Positions 28,567-38,945 of a stretch of 64,000 bases of DNA are shown here, piece by piece. The translations under genes and the position numbers were made by a program. The stretch lies in assembly GCA_016929435.1 (NCBI GenBank), contig JAFGIV010000005.1:23596-87595 (forward strand), written 5' to 3'. This stretch comes from Candidatus Uhrbacteria bacterium. GTDB lineage: Bacteria; Patescibacteriota; Patescibacteriia; SG8-24. Position 1 is the first letter of the stretch. Each line of letters begins with the position of its first letter. The notes beneath the pieces were generated by a model. The model was not told the DNA's origin. It ran no database searches and saw only the letters and a program-made list of their open reading frames with translations.

Positions 28567-29553
28567 CTATCTTTCCCTTGTTTTCAGGGCACAGATCTTG
28601 GCCGTCAGGTTGGCGGTGAACAGGCCAAGGCTTATTTTGGGGAGGGCTGAGCCGGTTTTCAGTCCCCTTTCGATTCTTGCCAGGTCCCGCATCAGTTTTT
28701 CCAGAAGGCGGGAATCGTATCTTTGGGCCGCCTGCCAGGCTTTCTTGGCGGCAAACGGGTGCACACCCAACCGGGTCGCGGCGTTGGCCTGTCCTGTCCC
28801 GTTGGCCATCATGTCCCGGCAGAGCGCAATCAGGCGGAAATGGCGCTGCAGCAGGGAAACAACCTGGATTTCCGGCTCCCCGGCGGCCAGGAGGTTCTCC
28901 AGGGAAGTCATGGCCATGGTCCCGTTCCCGTCCGTGCAGGCATCGATGTACCTGAACACCGATTCCTCTCGGCTGCCGGTCACCAGGGAATCGACGTCCT
29001 GGACCGTTATCCGGTCCCTCTTGCCCGACAGGACCAGGGCCGTCAGCTTGGCGGTCTCTTGGTGGATGCGCCAGGAATCGGATTCAACCGCTTCCGTCAG
29101 CTTCCGCAGGGCCGCGGATTCGAAACAGACCCCACCTTCCGAGGCCGCATCCACGGCTGACCGCCCGGCCTCAAGCGGGGACATTGTCCGGTATTCCCGG
29201 CTGTATTTCTGCCTGAAAATGAGGTTAAACAGGGGTGATTTCGCCAGTTTTTTCGGGTCGGATTCCTCAAAAAAAACAACCACCGTACTTTCCGGCTTCC
29301 GCCCGATTATCCCCGCCAATTCCTCCTGGTCCCCCTTTGGCAGGCTGCAGAACCCCTCCAGGATGAGCATTTTCCTTTCAGCCAGGAAGGGAGAGGCGAA
29401 AATTTCGTTTCTGGCCCTTTCCAGTCCGTTCTGGGATGTCAGGCGGACGGTGTTTAGGCCGGAGGAGTCGCGGTCATGGCAGAACTTGGCCTTGGTCGCC
29501 CGAAGGGCCCGGCGGGACCTGAAGGTATCCTCTCCGTATATCAGGAAGAACAT
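28567..29553 (-). CDS. holA: DNA polymerase III delta subunit
   Basis: MFFLIYGEDTF... N-terminal clamp-loader delta motif; 328 aa. Confidence 0.8.
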   Translation of the reverse strand: MFFLIYGEDTFRSRRALRATKAKFCHDRDSSGLNTVRLTSQNGLERARNEIFASPFLAERKMLILEGFCSLPKGDQEELAGIIGRKPESTVVVFFEESDPKKLAKSPLFNLIFRQKYSREYRTMSPLEAGRSAVDAASEGGVCFESAALRKLTEAVESDSWRIHQETAKLTALVLSGKRDRITVQDVDSLVTGSREESVFRYIDACTDGNGTMAMTSLENLLAAGEPEIQVVSLLQRHFRLIALCRDMMANGTGQANAATRLGVHPFAAKKAWQAAQRYDSRLLEKLMRDLARIERGLKTGSALPKISLGLFTANLTAKICALKTRER

Positions 29554-29562
29554 GCGTTTTCG

Positions 29563-32325
29563 TTAGGTTAATTCCAATTCCCCCATCCTTCCCCAATCCC
29601 GGCCGACCTTAAGCTTTACCTCGATCGGTACGGTCAGGTCGGTTACGGAAGCCATGGTGTCCCGGATGACCGGTCCGGCCCCCCTTTCCAGGCCCTCGTC
29701 CATTTCGAAGATCAGCTCGTCGTGAACCTGGATTATCATCCTGACGCCATCCCCAAAGCCGTCGCGGAGACGGCGGTCCAGGCGGATCATGGCCAGCTTG
29801 ATCATGTCCGCCTCGCTTCCCTGGATCGGTGTGTTGATGGCCTGCCGTTCCGCCTCGGCCCGTTCCCTCTGGTTCATGGCCCAGAAATTCCGGAAGAACC
29901 GCCGGCGTCCGAAGATGGTCTCCACGTACCCGTCCCTGGCGACCTTGGCCTTGGTTTCCGAGATGTAGCGGGCCAGTCCGGGATGGATGGCGAAATACTG
30001 GTCAATGTATTCCTGGGCCTCCGCCCGCCCTATGTTGGCGCTGGCGGCCAGCCGGTTGGCGCCCATTCCGAACAGGATGCCGAAGTTGATGGCCTTGGCC
30101 ACCCTCCGCTTTCCCTCCGCTTCCCCCTCCCCGAACATGGCGGCGGCCGTGCGCCAATGGATATCCTCCCCCCTCCGGAAGGATTCGATCATCATCTCCT
30201 CTTGGGCGATATGGGCGGCAATCCGCAGTTCGATCTGTGAATAGTCCGCGGCCAGGAGAACGGATCCCTTCGGAGCGACGAATCCCCGGCGGACCCGTTC
30301 CGCCCACTGGCTGTCCCGGGTCGGTATGTTCTGGAGGTTGGGGTCGGACGAGGAGAGCCTTCCCGTGGCGGTTACGGCCTGGTTGAACCGGGCGTGGATG
30401 CGCCCGCTGTCCGGATCGGCCATTTCCGGAAGGGTATCGGCATAGGTGGACCGGATCTTGGTCGCCTCCCGGTAGGCCAGTATCGGTTCGATGATCGGGT
30501 GGAGTCCGGCCATTTTTTCCAGTTCGGATGCGGCCGTGGACATCTCCCTGTTCTTTGCCGTCCTCTTCAGTCCGGCTACGTTCAGGGCCAGGCGCCCGAA
30601 CAGGATTTCCTGCAGCTGTTTGGGCGAGTTGATGTTGAATTTCTCCCCGGCCAGCCGGTGTATCTCTCCGGTCAGGGCATCCAGCCGTTCCTTCAGTTCC
30701 GCCGAAAGATTCCGGAAATAGTCCCTGTCCACCATGACCCCAAACCTTTCCATTCCGGAAAGGACCGGCGCCAGGGGAACCTCAATGTCCCGATAGAGCG
30801 GGGTCATGCCCGACTTCTCGATCTGGCCGAGGAACTCGTCTGTCAGGGGGATGAGGTGCGGAAGTTCAGCGGCCAACCTTTCCCTCTTCCCGGCCGAATC
30901 GCGGTTTTTCGGCTCCGGTTCGATGTCCCGGTAATAGGCCAGCAGGGAAGGCAATTCGCTCTTGCGTTCCCCGGCCAGCATCAGGTAGGAGGCCAGCATC
31001 AGGTCATTGACCGTTCCGCCGGTCTTTAGCCCCAGGCTGCCCAAGGCCGTGGTCTCCCTCTTCAGGTCATGGCAATACTTGGTCGATTCGGGCGATGACA
31101 GTATTTTTTTCAGGGCATCCAGGTTTCTTTTGACGGTCGGGAGATCGAGAAAACGGTTTTGTCGGCCGTCGTTGATGCCGATGCCCAGTATTTCCGGGGA
31201 GGACGGACGGTCATCGGCCAGAAGGCACCGGAAGGCCATTTTTTCCGCTTTCCGGAGATTTTCCAGGAAAACGACCAATCCATCCTCTGTTCCGGTTTCC
31301 GGAAATTCCGTTCTTTCCGTCCGGGTGTCGGGTTCCTTCCCTTCCTTTTTTTTGGGGGTGACCGTGGTTTTCCCTTCCTCCCGCTCCTCCCGCGGGGAGG
31401 TAGGGGGAGATTCCTTGCCGTCCGGCCACTGCTCCAGCAGGCGGTTGAACTGCAGTTCCTCAAACAGCGGCTCAATCCTTGATTTGGGGACGGTCCGGTA
31501 TTCGGCGGCCTTCAGGTCCAGGTCAATCGGCACGTCGGTCCTGATCCGGACCAGGTCCAGGGCCTTCAGGGCGTCGTTTTTTCCGTTAATGAGCCTCTCC
31601 CTGACCGATGCCCTCATCTTGTCGGATGGCCCCTTTTCCCCCTCGATCGTTCGGTAGAGTTTTTCGATTGAACCGAATTCCGAAATCAGTTGGCTGGCCG
31701 TCTTTTCCCCGATTCCCCTGACTCCGGGGATGTTGTCGGACGGATCCCCGCGTAGGGCCTTGTAGTCGATCATCTGGGACGGCCGGAGTCCGTAGCGCTC
31801 CTCCACACGGGCCGGGTCGTACGTGACCGTATCGGTCAGGCCGCGACGCATGGTGAAGACATGGACCCGGTCGTTGACCAGTTGGAGGGTGTCCAGGTCA
31901 CCGGTCACGATGACCGTCCGCATCTCCCGGTCGGCTTCGCTGGCCATCCGGGCGACCGTACCGATGACGTCGTCCGCCTCATACCCCTCGGCGGTCAGGA
32001 CCGGCACCCCCATCCGTTCCAGGATGCCTTCGACGATCGGAATCTGGGCGTAGAGCTCATCCGGGTGTTTGGCCCGTCCGGCCTTGTATTCGCCGTATTT
32101 CTCGTGCCGGAAGGTCGGCTGGGCCAGGTCAAAGGTGACTATCAGGTGACTGGGGCTGAATTTCCTGACGGCGGAAAGCATGGTCATCATGAATCCGTAG
32201 GCTCCGGAAATCACCCGCCCGTCCCTGGTGGCGAGCGGCGGCAGGGCATGCCAGGCCCGATGGAGGACGGCATTGCCGTCAATCAGGATCAGCAGCCTTT
32301 TCTGGTCGTTTTTCGGTTCGGTCAT
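29563..32325 (-). CDS. polA: DNA polymerase I
   Basis: 5'-3' exonuclease domain (LLILIDGNAVLHRAWHA), polymerase motifs A (DYSQIELR), B (RRxxKxxNFGxxYG) and C (QVHDEL). Contains a Glu/Lys/Thr-rich low-complexity insertion. Confidence 0.95.
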   Translation of the reverse strand: MTEPKNDQKRLLILIDGNAVLHRAWHALPPLATRDGRVISGAYGFMMTMLSAVRKFSPSHLIVTFDLAQPTFRHEKYGEYKAGRAKHPDELYAQIPIVEGILERMGVPVLTAEGYEADDVIGTVARMASEADREMRTVIVTGDLDTLQLVNDRVHVFTMRRGLTDTVTYDPARVEERYGLRPSQMIDYKALRGDPSDNIPGVRGIGEKTASQLISEFGSIEKLYRTIEGEKGPSDKMRASVRERLINGKNDALKALDLVRIRTDVPIDLDLKAAEYRTVPKSRIEPLFEELQFNRLLEQWPDGKESPPTSPREEREEGKTTVTPKKKEGKEPDTRTERTEFPETGTEDGLVVFLENLRKAEKMAFRCLLADDRPSSPEILGIGINDGRQNRFLDLPTVKRNLDALKKILSSPESTKYCHDLKRETTALGSLGLKTGGTVNDLMLASYLMLAGERKSELPSLLAYYRDIEPEPKNRDSAGKRERLAAELPHLIPLTDEFLGQIEKSGMTPLYRDIEVPLAPVLSGMERFGVMVDRDYFRNLSAELKERLDALTGEIHRLAGEKFNINSPKQLQEILFGRLALNVAGLKRTAKNREMSTAASELEKMAGLHPIIEPILAYREATKIRSTYADTLPEMADPDSGRIHARFNQAVTATGRLSSSDPNLQNIPTRDSQWAERVRRGFVAPKGSVLLAADYSQIELRIAAHIAQEEMMIESFRRGEDIHWRTAAAMFGEGEAEGKRRVAKAINFGILFGMGANRLAASANIGRAEAQEYIDQYFAIHPGLARYISETKAKVARDGYVETIFGRRRFFRNFWAMNQRERAEAERQAINTPIQGSEADMIKLAMIRLDRRLRDGFGDGVRMIIQVHDELIFEMDEGLERGAGPVIRDTMASVTDLTVPIEVKLKVGRDWGRMGELELT

Positions 32326-32453
32326 ACGGCCTTATTCTATCAGATGGGGGACTTGCCGTCTTTCGCCCGAATGTTGCGGGAACCGGAAGGGGACTTGTTT
32401 TTTGGGCGGTTTCCGGTTAAGGTCGAATCAAGTAAAACAAAAAGGAGGAAACC

Positions 32454-33086
32454 TTGACAATCAAGGCCATTTTGTCTGATCTGGGCAATGTCGTCGCCGG
32501 ATTTAAAACGCAGAGATACACTGACTGCTATGCGGACATCCCGTCGGTTCGCCGTCACCTGAACGGCGATCGAGAGGCAGCGGAAGGGCTGGAGGAAAAA
32601 ATTCGGGATGTGCACCGTAGGGTCGAGATCGGTCTCCTGACCGAACCGGAATTCCGAAGGGAAATTTCCTGTTGTCTGGGCCTCAGACGAACCATCAGTT
32701 GGAAAGAGATGTATCGTCGTTTCTACGGCATCTTTACCCTGAACGAACCGATCCGGTACCTGTGGGAGAGATTAAGAAGGTCAGGATTGGTCTTGGTGGC
32801 CGTATCCAATGTCTGTCCAGGACAGGAGGAGGGAATGAGAAGGATCGGGGCCTTGGCCCCGTTCGATCATCTGGTCATGTCTTACAGGGAGGGTATTGTC
32901 AAGCCGTCCACGGAACTGATGGTTCGGGCCCTGGATCGGGCCGGGGCAGCGGCGGAAGAGGCGGTGTTCATCGACGACACGGAAAAAAACCTGGATCCGG
33001 CCATTGAATTGGGAATAAGGACCCATTGTTTCCGTGGATTTACTGGATTGCTCGCCTTTTTAGTGGATTGCGGGTTGGTTTCTTAA
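32454..33086 (+). CDS. HAD-superfamily hydrolase
   Basis: Motif I LSDLGNV (DxG-like), with downstream VAVSN and FIDD motifs. Confidence 0.75.
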   Translation: MTIKAILSDLGNVVAGFKTQRYTDCYADIPSVRRHLNGDREAAEGLEEKIRDVHRRVEIGLLTEPEFRREISCCLGLRRTISWKEMYRRFYGIFTLNEPIRYLWERLRRSGLVLVAVSNVCPGQEEGMRRIGALAPFDHLVMSYREGIVKPSTELMVRALDRAGAAAEEAVFIDDTEKNLDPAIELGIRTHCFRGFTGLLAFLVDCGLVS

Positions 33087-33126
33087 AAGGGGAAATCTCC
33101 GTTCGTAAGGGACGGCATCTTCGTTA

Positions 33127-33165
33127 AAAGACATCCGGGCACACTGTTTCGGATGTCTTTTGTCA
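33127..33165 (+). terminator. Intrinsic terminator of the HAD hydrolase gene
   Basis: AAAAGACATCCG...CGGATGTCTTTT followed by GTCATTT. Confidence 0.6.
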
Positions 33166-33171
33166 TTTCAA

Positions 33172-33198
33172 TTCAAAACACCCCGCCGCCGGGGTGTT
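33172..33198 (-). terminator. Intrinsic terminator downstream of tRNA-Cys
   Basis: AACACCCCGGCGGCGGGGTGTT followed by TTTG on the minus strand. Confidence 0.55.
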
Positions 33199-33208
33199 CG
33201 TTCGTCTC

Positions 33209-33283
33209 TGGAGGCCCGGGCGGGAATTGCACCCGCGCATAAGGGTTTTGCAGACCCGTGCCTTACTGCTTGGCTACCGGGCC
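33209..33283 (-). tRNA. tRNA-Cys (anticodon GCA)
   Basis: Reverse complement: GGCCCGG-TA-GCC..GGC-A-CGGGT-CTGCAAA-ACCCT-...-CCGGGCC-T-CCA. Anticodon loop CTGCAAA; discriminator U73 as in tRNA-Cys. CCA encoded; 75 nt. Confidence 0.85.
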
Positions 33284-33417
33284 GAATGGTAGCGATGTTT
33301 TTTTACCATGTTTTCCGGTCCGGCGCAAATTCCGGGTCAGGGGATTGGGTATTGTGTTGCGGGTAAGGATATCCCAAACAATAAGTCCCCGGTATTGGGA
33401 AATTCGGGAGGAAACCG

Positions 33418-34785
33418 CTATGGCCAGACGTAATTGTCCCAAACCCATGTTACCGCCCGTTCGGTCTCGCTGAAAACCCAATTCTGGGCATCGCTTCCGA
33501 AAATGACGGCAATGACCGGCCTTTTCCTGTGGTCCCTTACCTTAAGGGCCAGGTTCCACTGTGATTCGATCAGGTATCCGGTCTTTCCGCCCAACACATA
33601 CAGTCCGTTGTTCGGATCGGTCAGCAGTTTGTTGGTGTGCTCCAGTTCGCGGATTTCACCGTCCATGGACATTACCGTCTGTTTCGACGTACTGGCGGCC
33701 CTACGAATTTCGTGGTAGTTGTCCATGGCGTAGGCCAGCATGACCGCCACTTCCCTGGCATTGGATACGTTATCCAACTCCAGTCCGGTCGGGTCGGCGA
33801 AGGCGGTTTCGGTCAGTCCGATCTCCTCGGCCTTCCGGTTCATCTCGGCCACGAATTCGGGGATGGACAGGCCGGTGGATCGGGCCAGGGCGTGGGCAGT
33901 GTTGTTGGCCGATCCGATTAGGGTGGCGTAGAGGAGGTTCTGGACCGTCAGCCGGCTGCCGACATCCATCCTTAACCGGGCCCCTCCCACCTCGTCCTGG
34001 GTCTCCAGTGTCATTACCCTGTTCAGGGGAATGCCACTATCAAGCACCACCATGGCCGTCATCAGTTTGGTGATGGACGCGATCGGCCATTGGGCGAGCG
34101 AATTTTTGGACAGCAGAACCTCCCCGCTGGCCGCATCCGCCACCAGCAGGCTGTCGGCCGTAACCAGACTGAACGGAAAGGAGGCCCCGGCTTTCATGGT
34201 CGGACCCCTTCCGTTCGCCCCGGGAAGGTCCAGCGGGGAGAGCGGATCGATTTTTCCCGCCGTGGTTTCCGGTGCGGTCCTGTCCGCGGTCTCGTCGGTG
34301 TCTGACGGTGCGGGAACGTCCTTTTCGGCAATGTCGTCGGGGGAATAGAAATACAGGTCTGACGGGTATTCCCCGTATCCCCACTTCCTTGCCCAATCTT
34401 CCAGATCGGTCAGTTGGTGGGTATCGGCCGCCGGACGGATGTTCCAGGTGGACGGATCAAAGATTTTCTGCAGGTCGGTTCGTTGGTTATAGATGTTTTT
34501 CAGGACTTCCCGGCAGGCCAGGTATTCGGAGCCGGGGGAATAGTCCCGGAGCCGTTCCGGGTATTCCCCGTATCCCCATTTTTTCGCCCAATCCTCCAGA
34601 TCGGTCAGGTCATGCTTGGCGGTTTGGGTGTCCCTGATCCTCCAGTCCGTGTCCCGAAATACCGCCTGCAGGTCTGGTCTTTCGTGATAAACATCCCTAA
34701 GTTCCTCGGTGGGGGCGGCTTGGGAGAGGAATGGAAAAAACAGGATTGCCGAAAAGGCCAAGACCGATAGTGAGTGCCGTTTCAT
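33418..34785 (-). CDS. D-alanyl-D-alanine carboxypeptidase (S11 family) with two N-terminal ~45-aa repeats
   Basis: Signal peptide. Tandem repeats ...HDLTDLEDWAKKWGYGEYP / ...HQLTDLEDWARKWGYGEYP. Catalytic SITKLMT (SxxK), SANN (SxN) and KTG motifs. Confidence 0.88.
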   Translation of the reverse strand: MKRHSLSVLAFSAILFFPFLSQAAPTEELRDVYHERPDLQAVFRDTDWRIRDTQTAKHDLTDLEDWAKKWGYGEYPERLRDYSPGSEYLACREVLKNIYNQRTDLQKIFDPSTWNIRPAADTHQLTDLEDWARKWGYGEYPSDLYFYSPDDIAEKDVPAPSDTDETADRTAPETTAGKIDPLSPLDLPGANGRGPTMKAGASFPFSLVTADSLLVADAASGEVLLSKNSLAQWPIASITKLMTAMVVLDSGIPLNRVMTLETQDEVGGARLRMDVGSRLTVQNLLYATLIGSANNTAHALARSTGLSIPEFVAEMNRKAEEIGLTETAFADPTGLELDNVSNAREVAVMLAYAMDNYHEIRRAASTSKQTVMSMDGEIRELEHTNKLLTDPNNGLYVLGGKTGYLIESQWNLALKVRDHRKRPVIAVIFGSDAQNWVFSETERAVTWVWDNYVWP

Positions 34786-34786
34786 C

Positions 34787-36613
34787 CTAGTACATTGACC
34801 TTATTTCCGCCCCCGTATAGTAGTATTTCAGGATATCGATCCAGTTGGCCCCAAGGTGCTTGGCCCGGCCGTAGGCGTCGTTGGCGCTCATGCCGACCCC
34901 GTGTCCCCACAGGTCCAGGCCCGCATCGTAGGGGGCGGGGACGGAGACCAGCCAGGGGTGGGGGGTTGAGCTCCAGACCTCGGTCCAGGCGCGGGTGCGG
35001 CCGTCCGAGCGGGAGAAATAGGGGGTAACGACGATTTCCCCGCCGTACGTGACCACCTTACCCCGGGTCTCCTCCACGGCTTGCACCACTTGGGGACGGA
35101 TCAGCTCTGAGGTGTAGCCGCGATACACCTGGTCGTTGCCGGTGGTGTCCAGGTCAAAGTATTCCGCCTTGTGCTTTCCGCCGATCAGCTTGACGAACAG
35201 GGCATAGGTTCGGGCCGCGGTGACAAGGGATTTCTGGTATTCCAGCGGCGAGCCGTTCGACGTTTCCGCCAGTCCGCGCATGTAATCCTCCACAGGCAGA
35301 TCCTCCACCACCCACAGCTTGCCGGTGGCGGAGATGAAATGGAAGTCTATCTGCCCGCGGAACCGGTTGTAGTTGACCGTGGTGTCCCACACCGGGCGGT
35401 CCTCGTGGCTGGTGATCTCGAAGATGGTCGTGTCCGGGTTGACCGGCCGGAAATGGACGTGCTTGTGGGACTCGTAGGTGTAGCTGCCGTTGGTGACGGT
35501 GTATTTCCTGGTGGCAAAATCAAAGGTGGCGGTCGTCGTTCCGGAGAGGGTGACGACCGGTTGGTGGTCCCCGTCGATCAGGGTATAGGGGCCTTCGGCC
35601 CGGAGGGTCATCGATCCGGCCGATTCGAACAGGCCGATGCGGATGTTCGGTCCCTTGGGTCCGGAGGCGGACAGTTCCGGCTCGTATACCGTGCCGGACG
35701 AATCGCTGCCGGAACCGGTGGTGTAGCTGGGTGGGGTGGGGGAGAAGCCGTATACCTCGATCGGTACGCTGATTGTCCCGCCGTCCATCGGTTCCCCGTT
35801 GACGGACAGGCTGAAGCTGGCGGTGTACCGGCCGTTAGCGGACGGGGCCCTCAGGTTGATGTCGAAGAAGGATATCTGGCCCGGGCGTATCTCCTCGTCC
35901 TTCAGGGCGGCGGCCACCTCACCGTTCCAGTCCCCGCTTCGGAAGGAATAGGCGTTGCCGGCCTGGGCCATTAGCTGCGGGGTAGGGTTGCCGTTTCTCT
36001 TCCATATCTTCTGCCCGATGTTCTTGAAGGCGATTCGGAAATTTTCCGTTTCCCCCGCCCTGATGGACAGGCTGTCCGCGGAGGTCATCAGCTTGATTGC
36101 CCTGTATCCGGCGGTAGGCTTTCCGGAATCCTCGCTTACCTCGATGTTGACCGTGAACTGTCCCCCCTGGATCCAGGCGGTGTCTTCGGCGGCCAGGCGG
36201 AAGGATTCCCTGTACTGTCCGGGATTGAGCGGGGCCTGGAGCACGAACCTGAACCTTCCCGTTGCGCCGGGTCTGACTTCCGTCTCCTCCAGCCGCGTCG
36301 GCTGTTCCGCGGACATCCAGGAATTGTCCGTGAAGGCGCTGTTGCGGTAGTTCGGATCGGCGGTATAGGCGGAGACGAACCGCCGGTCATCCCGCCGCCA
36401 GGTGGCCTGCCCGGTGTTCTTGAAGACGATGGAGAATTCGGTCGATTCGCCCGGGGCCATGGTGACCGATACGGTTTCCGAACGGAGCATCTCTTGGGCG
36501 GACCAAAGAGGTGCGGCGGCCTTGGTCGAGGCAGGCAGGACCGATGCGAGGACGGAAATGGCCAGGAACGTCGCCGCAGTTTTGAGTGTTGTCTTTGGGC
36601 TTGGTTTTCTCAT
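34787..36613 (-). CDS. SpoIID/LytB-domain protein with N-terminal Ig-like repeats
   Basis: Signal peptide. C-terminal SpoIID motifs VTAARTYA, QVYRGY, ETRGKVVTYGG and WGHGVGMSANDAYGRAKHLGANWIDILKYYYTG. Confidence 0.85.
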   Translation of the reverse strand: MRKPSPKTTLKTAATFLAISVLASVLPASTKAAAPLWSAQEMLRSETVSVTMAPGESTEFSIVFKNTGQATWRRDDRRFVSAYTADPNYRNSAFTDNSWMSAEQPTRLEETEVRPGATGRFRFVLQAPLNPGQYRESFRLAAEDTAWIQGGQFTVNIEVSEDSGKPTAGYRAIKLMTSADSLSIRAGETENFRIAFKNIGQKIWKRNGNPTPQLMAQAGNAYSFRSGDWNGEVAAALKDEEIRPGQISFFDINLRAPSANGRYTASFSLSVNGEPMDGGTISVPIEVYGFSPTPPSYTTGSGSDSSGTVYEPELSASGPKGPNIRIGLFESAGSMTLRAEGPYTLIDGDHQPVVTLSGTTTATFDFATRKYTVTNGSYTYESHKHVHFRPVNPDTTIFEITSHEDRPVWDTTVNYNRFRGQIDFHFISATGKLWVVEDLPVEDYMRGLAETSNGSPLEYQKSLVTAARTYALFVKLIGGKHKAEYFDLDTTGNDQVYRGYTSELIRPQVVQAVEETRGKVVTYGGEIVVTPYFSRSDGRTRAWTEVWSSTPHPWLVSVPAPYDAGLDLWGHGVGMSANDAYGRAKHLGANWIDILKYYYTGAEIRSMY

Positions 36614-36656
36614 ATGCCTTAATTATATCATGGGGGGTGCTATAATTGCCCATGTC

Positions 36657-38084
36657 ATGTCTTTGACCAACCGCATCCTGGGCAATACGGTCATGCAGGT
36701 CGGCGGCAAGTTCGCGGGCACTTTTTTCGGTATCCTGACGGTAATGGTCATGACCCGGCATTTGGGACTGGAGGGTTACGGCCAGTTCACCACCGCCACC
36801 TCCTTCCTGCAGTTTTTCGGCGTTTTGGCGGATTTTGGCCTGACCCTGACCCTGATGCGGATGATCGCCAGGCCCGGGGCGGATGAGACGGGGCTTTCCG
36901 GAAACGTTTTTGGCCTGCGCCTGCTGTCGGCCGTCGCCTGTTTCGGCGGGGCGGCCCTGTTGGGCCTGGCCTTTCCCTACCCGCCGATAGTCAAGCTGTC
37001 CATTGCCGTCGGTTCCCTCTCCTTCCTGTTCATGTCCCTGACGTCGGTCTTGGGAGGGGTCTTCCAGAAACGGCTGGCTACGGCCAGGTTTGCCCTGGCC
37101 GAGGTTTTCGGGCGGCTGTTGCTGTTTATGGGGGTTTTGCTTGTCGGTTGGCTCGGTTACGGTCTCCTGGCGGTCATCCTGATGCTGGTCTTGGGCAATG
37201 CCCTGCAGTTCGCCATGAGTTGGGTCTTTCTCCGCCGCCTTGTTCCGGTCCGGCCCCTTTTCGAGATGTCGGTCTGGCGGGAGATAGTTTCGGAAAGCTG
37301 GCCCATCGGCGTGACCACGGCCCTGAACCTGGTCTATCTCAAGGGTGACGTCATTGTCCTGTCCCTTTTCCGTTCCCAATCCGAGATTGGCGTTTATGGG
37401 GCGGCCTACAAGGTTCTGGACGTCATCACCGTCATCCCCGTGGTCTTCATGGGCCTGGTAATGCCGGTTCTGGCAGCGGCCTGGTCATCCGGGGATAGGT
37501 CTCTTTTTTCCCGCCGGCTGGACCGTTCCTTCGGGTTCATGACCATGCTCGCCCTGCCGCTGGCCGCCGGGGCCTGGGCGGTCAGCGACGACCTCATGGT
37601 CCTGGTCGCCGGAACGGATTTCGTCCGGTCCGGTCCGATCCTGGCGATCCTGATGGTCGGGGCGGCCATGGTCTTTTGGGGCGGGCTGTTCGGCCATGCC
37701 ATCGTGTCCCTGGGCCTGCAGCGAAAGATCATCTGGGCCTATGCCGCCGATGCGGCCGTCTCCTTTGCCCTGTATTTTGCCTTGGTTCCGGACTACGGAA
37801 ACGTGGCGGCGGCCTGGGTGACGGTTTTTTCCGAGGCCTTCATCGCCGTGGCTACGGCGGCCATGGTGTTGGGCAGGAGCAGGGCCCGCCTCTCCCTTTC
37901 CCTGCCTGCGAAGAGTTTCCTGGCCAGCGGATTGATGTATGCCGCCCTTTTGGCCTTGCCGGATTTTCATGTCCTGTTGAGGGTCTTGTCGGGTACGGTC
38001 GTCTATTTCGGCCTGCTGTTCCTGATGGGGGGGTTGAAACGGGAGATGTTGGTGGGGGTGTTGGGGCGTCCCATATCCCCTTGA
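36657..38084 (+). CDS. MOP-superfamily polysaccharide/lipid-linked oligosaccharide flippase (Wzx/MurJ-like)
   Basis: 14 predicted TM segments; typical polysaccharide-biosynthesis-protein N-terminus. The ATG at 36657 lies after the upstream minus-strand gene ends. Confidence 0.85.
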   Translation: MSLTNRILGNTVMQVGGKFAGTFFGILTVMVMTRHLGLEGYGQFTTATSFLQFFGVLADFGLTLTLMRMIARPGADETGLSGNVFGLRLLSAVACFGGAALLGLAFPYPPIVKLSIAVGSLSFLFMSLTSVLGGVFQKRLATARFALAEVFGRLLLFMGVLLVGWLGYGLLAVILMLVLGNALQFAMSWVFLRRLVPVRPLFEMSVWREIVSESWPIGVTTALNLVYLKGDVIVLSLFRSQSEIGVYGAAYKVLDVITVIPVVFMGLVMPVLAAAWSSGDRSLFSRRLDRSFGFMTMLALPLAAGAWAVSDDLMVLVAGTDFVRSGPILAILMVGAAMVFWGGLFGHAIVSLGLQRKIIWAYAADAAVSFALYFALVPDYGNVAAAWVTVFSEAFIAVATAAMVLGRSRARLSLSLPAKSFLASGLMYAALLALPDFHVLLRVLSGTVVYFGLLFLMGGLKREMLVGVLGRPISP

Positions 38085-38244
38085 CAAAACCGTATTTTCG
38101 TGCGATTATTTCCGCAATGTCGGAACCTTAAAAAATCGGGGAAACCCGGCGGAAATGCGGCAGGCCTGGTGTCCGGCAATCGTGCCGGACCGGAAGCGGG
38201 CCGCAAGAACGGCGACCGGAACGGTCGCAGATCGGAGGTGTCTA

Positions 38245-38748
38245 ATGACACACAACCATTACTTGGTCAATGCCAACCTTTCGGAGTTCTCGTCCTGCCC
38301 GACCGAGGAAAATATGAAGAGGTCGGGTGAGTTCAACTGGGCGTCGGACATCTTCGACGGACGGGAGTGGAATGACTCCTACCGTCTGGACGGCAAGGAA
38401 GTCCCCAACCCCGCCAAGGAAGGGGAAGAGAACTTCTTGGTGAAGGTGAAGGATTTCGGAATGGACATCTTGTCCGAGGACGCCATCAGGTGGGGACTGA
38501 ACGAGAAGAGTGAATTCGCCCCGGACGGATCTAGGCCGGCGACCTTGGCGGAGGGCCGGGCATTCGCTAAGGCTCACCCGACCCTTCAGTTGAATTTTCC
38601 AGTCGTTCTTTTGGGCTCGTTCGCCCTGCGCAGCGGCTATCGCCGTGTGGCGGTGCTGGACCGGTGCGGCGGCAGGCGCGGTCTCGGCGGTGGCTGGTTC
38701 GATTACGGCTGGGGCGGTGGCTATCGGTTTCTCTTCGTCCGCAAGTAG
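38245..38748 (+). CDS. Hypothetical protein with a Gly/Trp-rich C-terminus
   Basis: Good RBS (GGAGGTG) before the ATG at 38245. No recognisable domain. Confidence 0.5.
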   Translation: MTHNHYLVNANLSEFSSCPTEENMKRSGEFNWASDIFDGREWNDSYRLDGKEVPNPAKEGEENFLVKVKDFGMDILSEDAIRWGLNEKSEFAPDGSRPATLAEGRAFAKAHPTLQLNFPVVLLGSFALRSGYRRVAVLDRCGGRRGLGGGWFDYGWGGGYRFLFVRK

Positions 38749-38945
38749 CCTTCCGGTTAGGAACTTGGTTCCGTCAGCTCGCATCGTTTCGGTGTGGGTT
38801 GGCGGGACTTTTTTATATTCGGGCCTCTTTAGGCACGGTGACGCTAAAATAACCTGCGGGAAGAGATTGGAATATCCATTGGCTGTCCGGTGAGGGATAG
38901 CCGAACCGTATTTTAAGCGTTTGTTTGCTATAATCAAACAGCCTT

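Noticed and set aside
36387-37379. 330-aa minus-strand ORF overlapping the flippase gene start
   Set aside because: It is antisense to a 14-TM MOP flippase. The translation is extremely Gly/Pro/Gln/His-rich.
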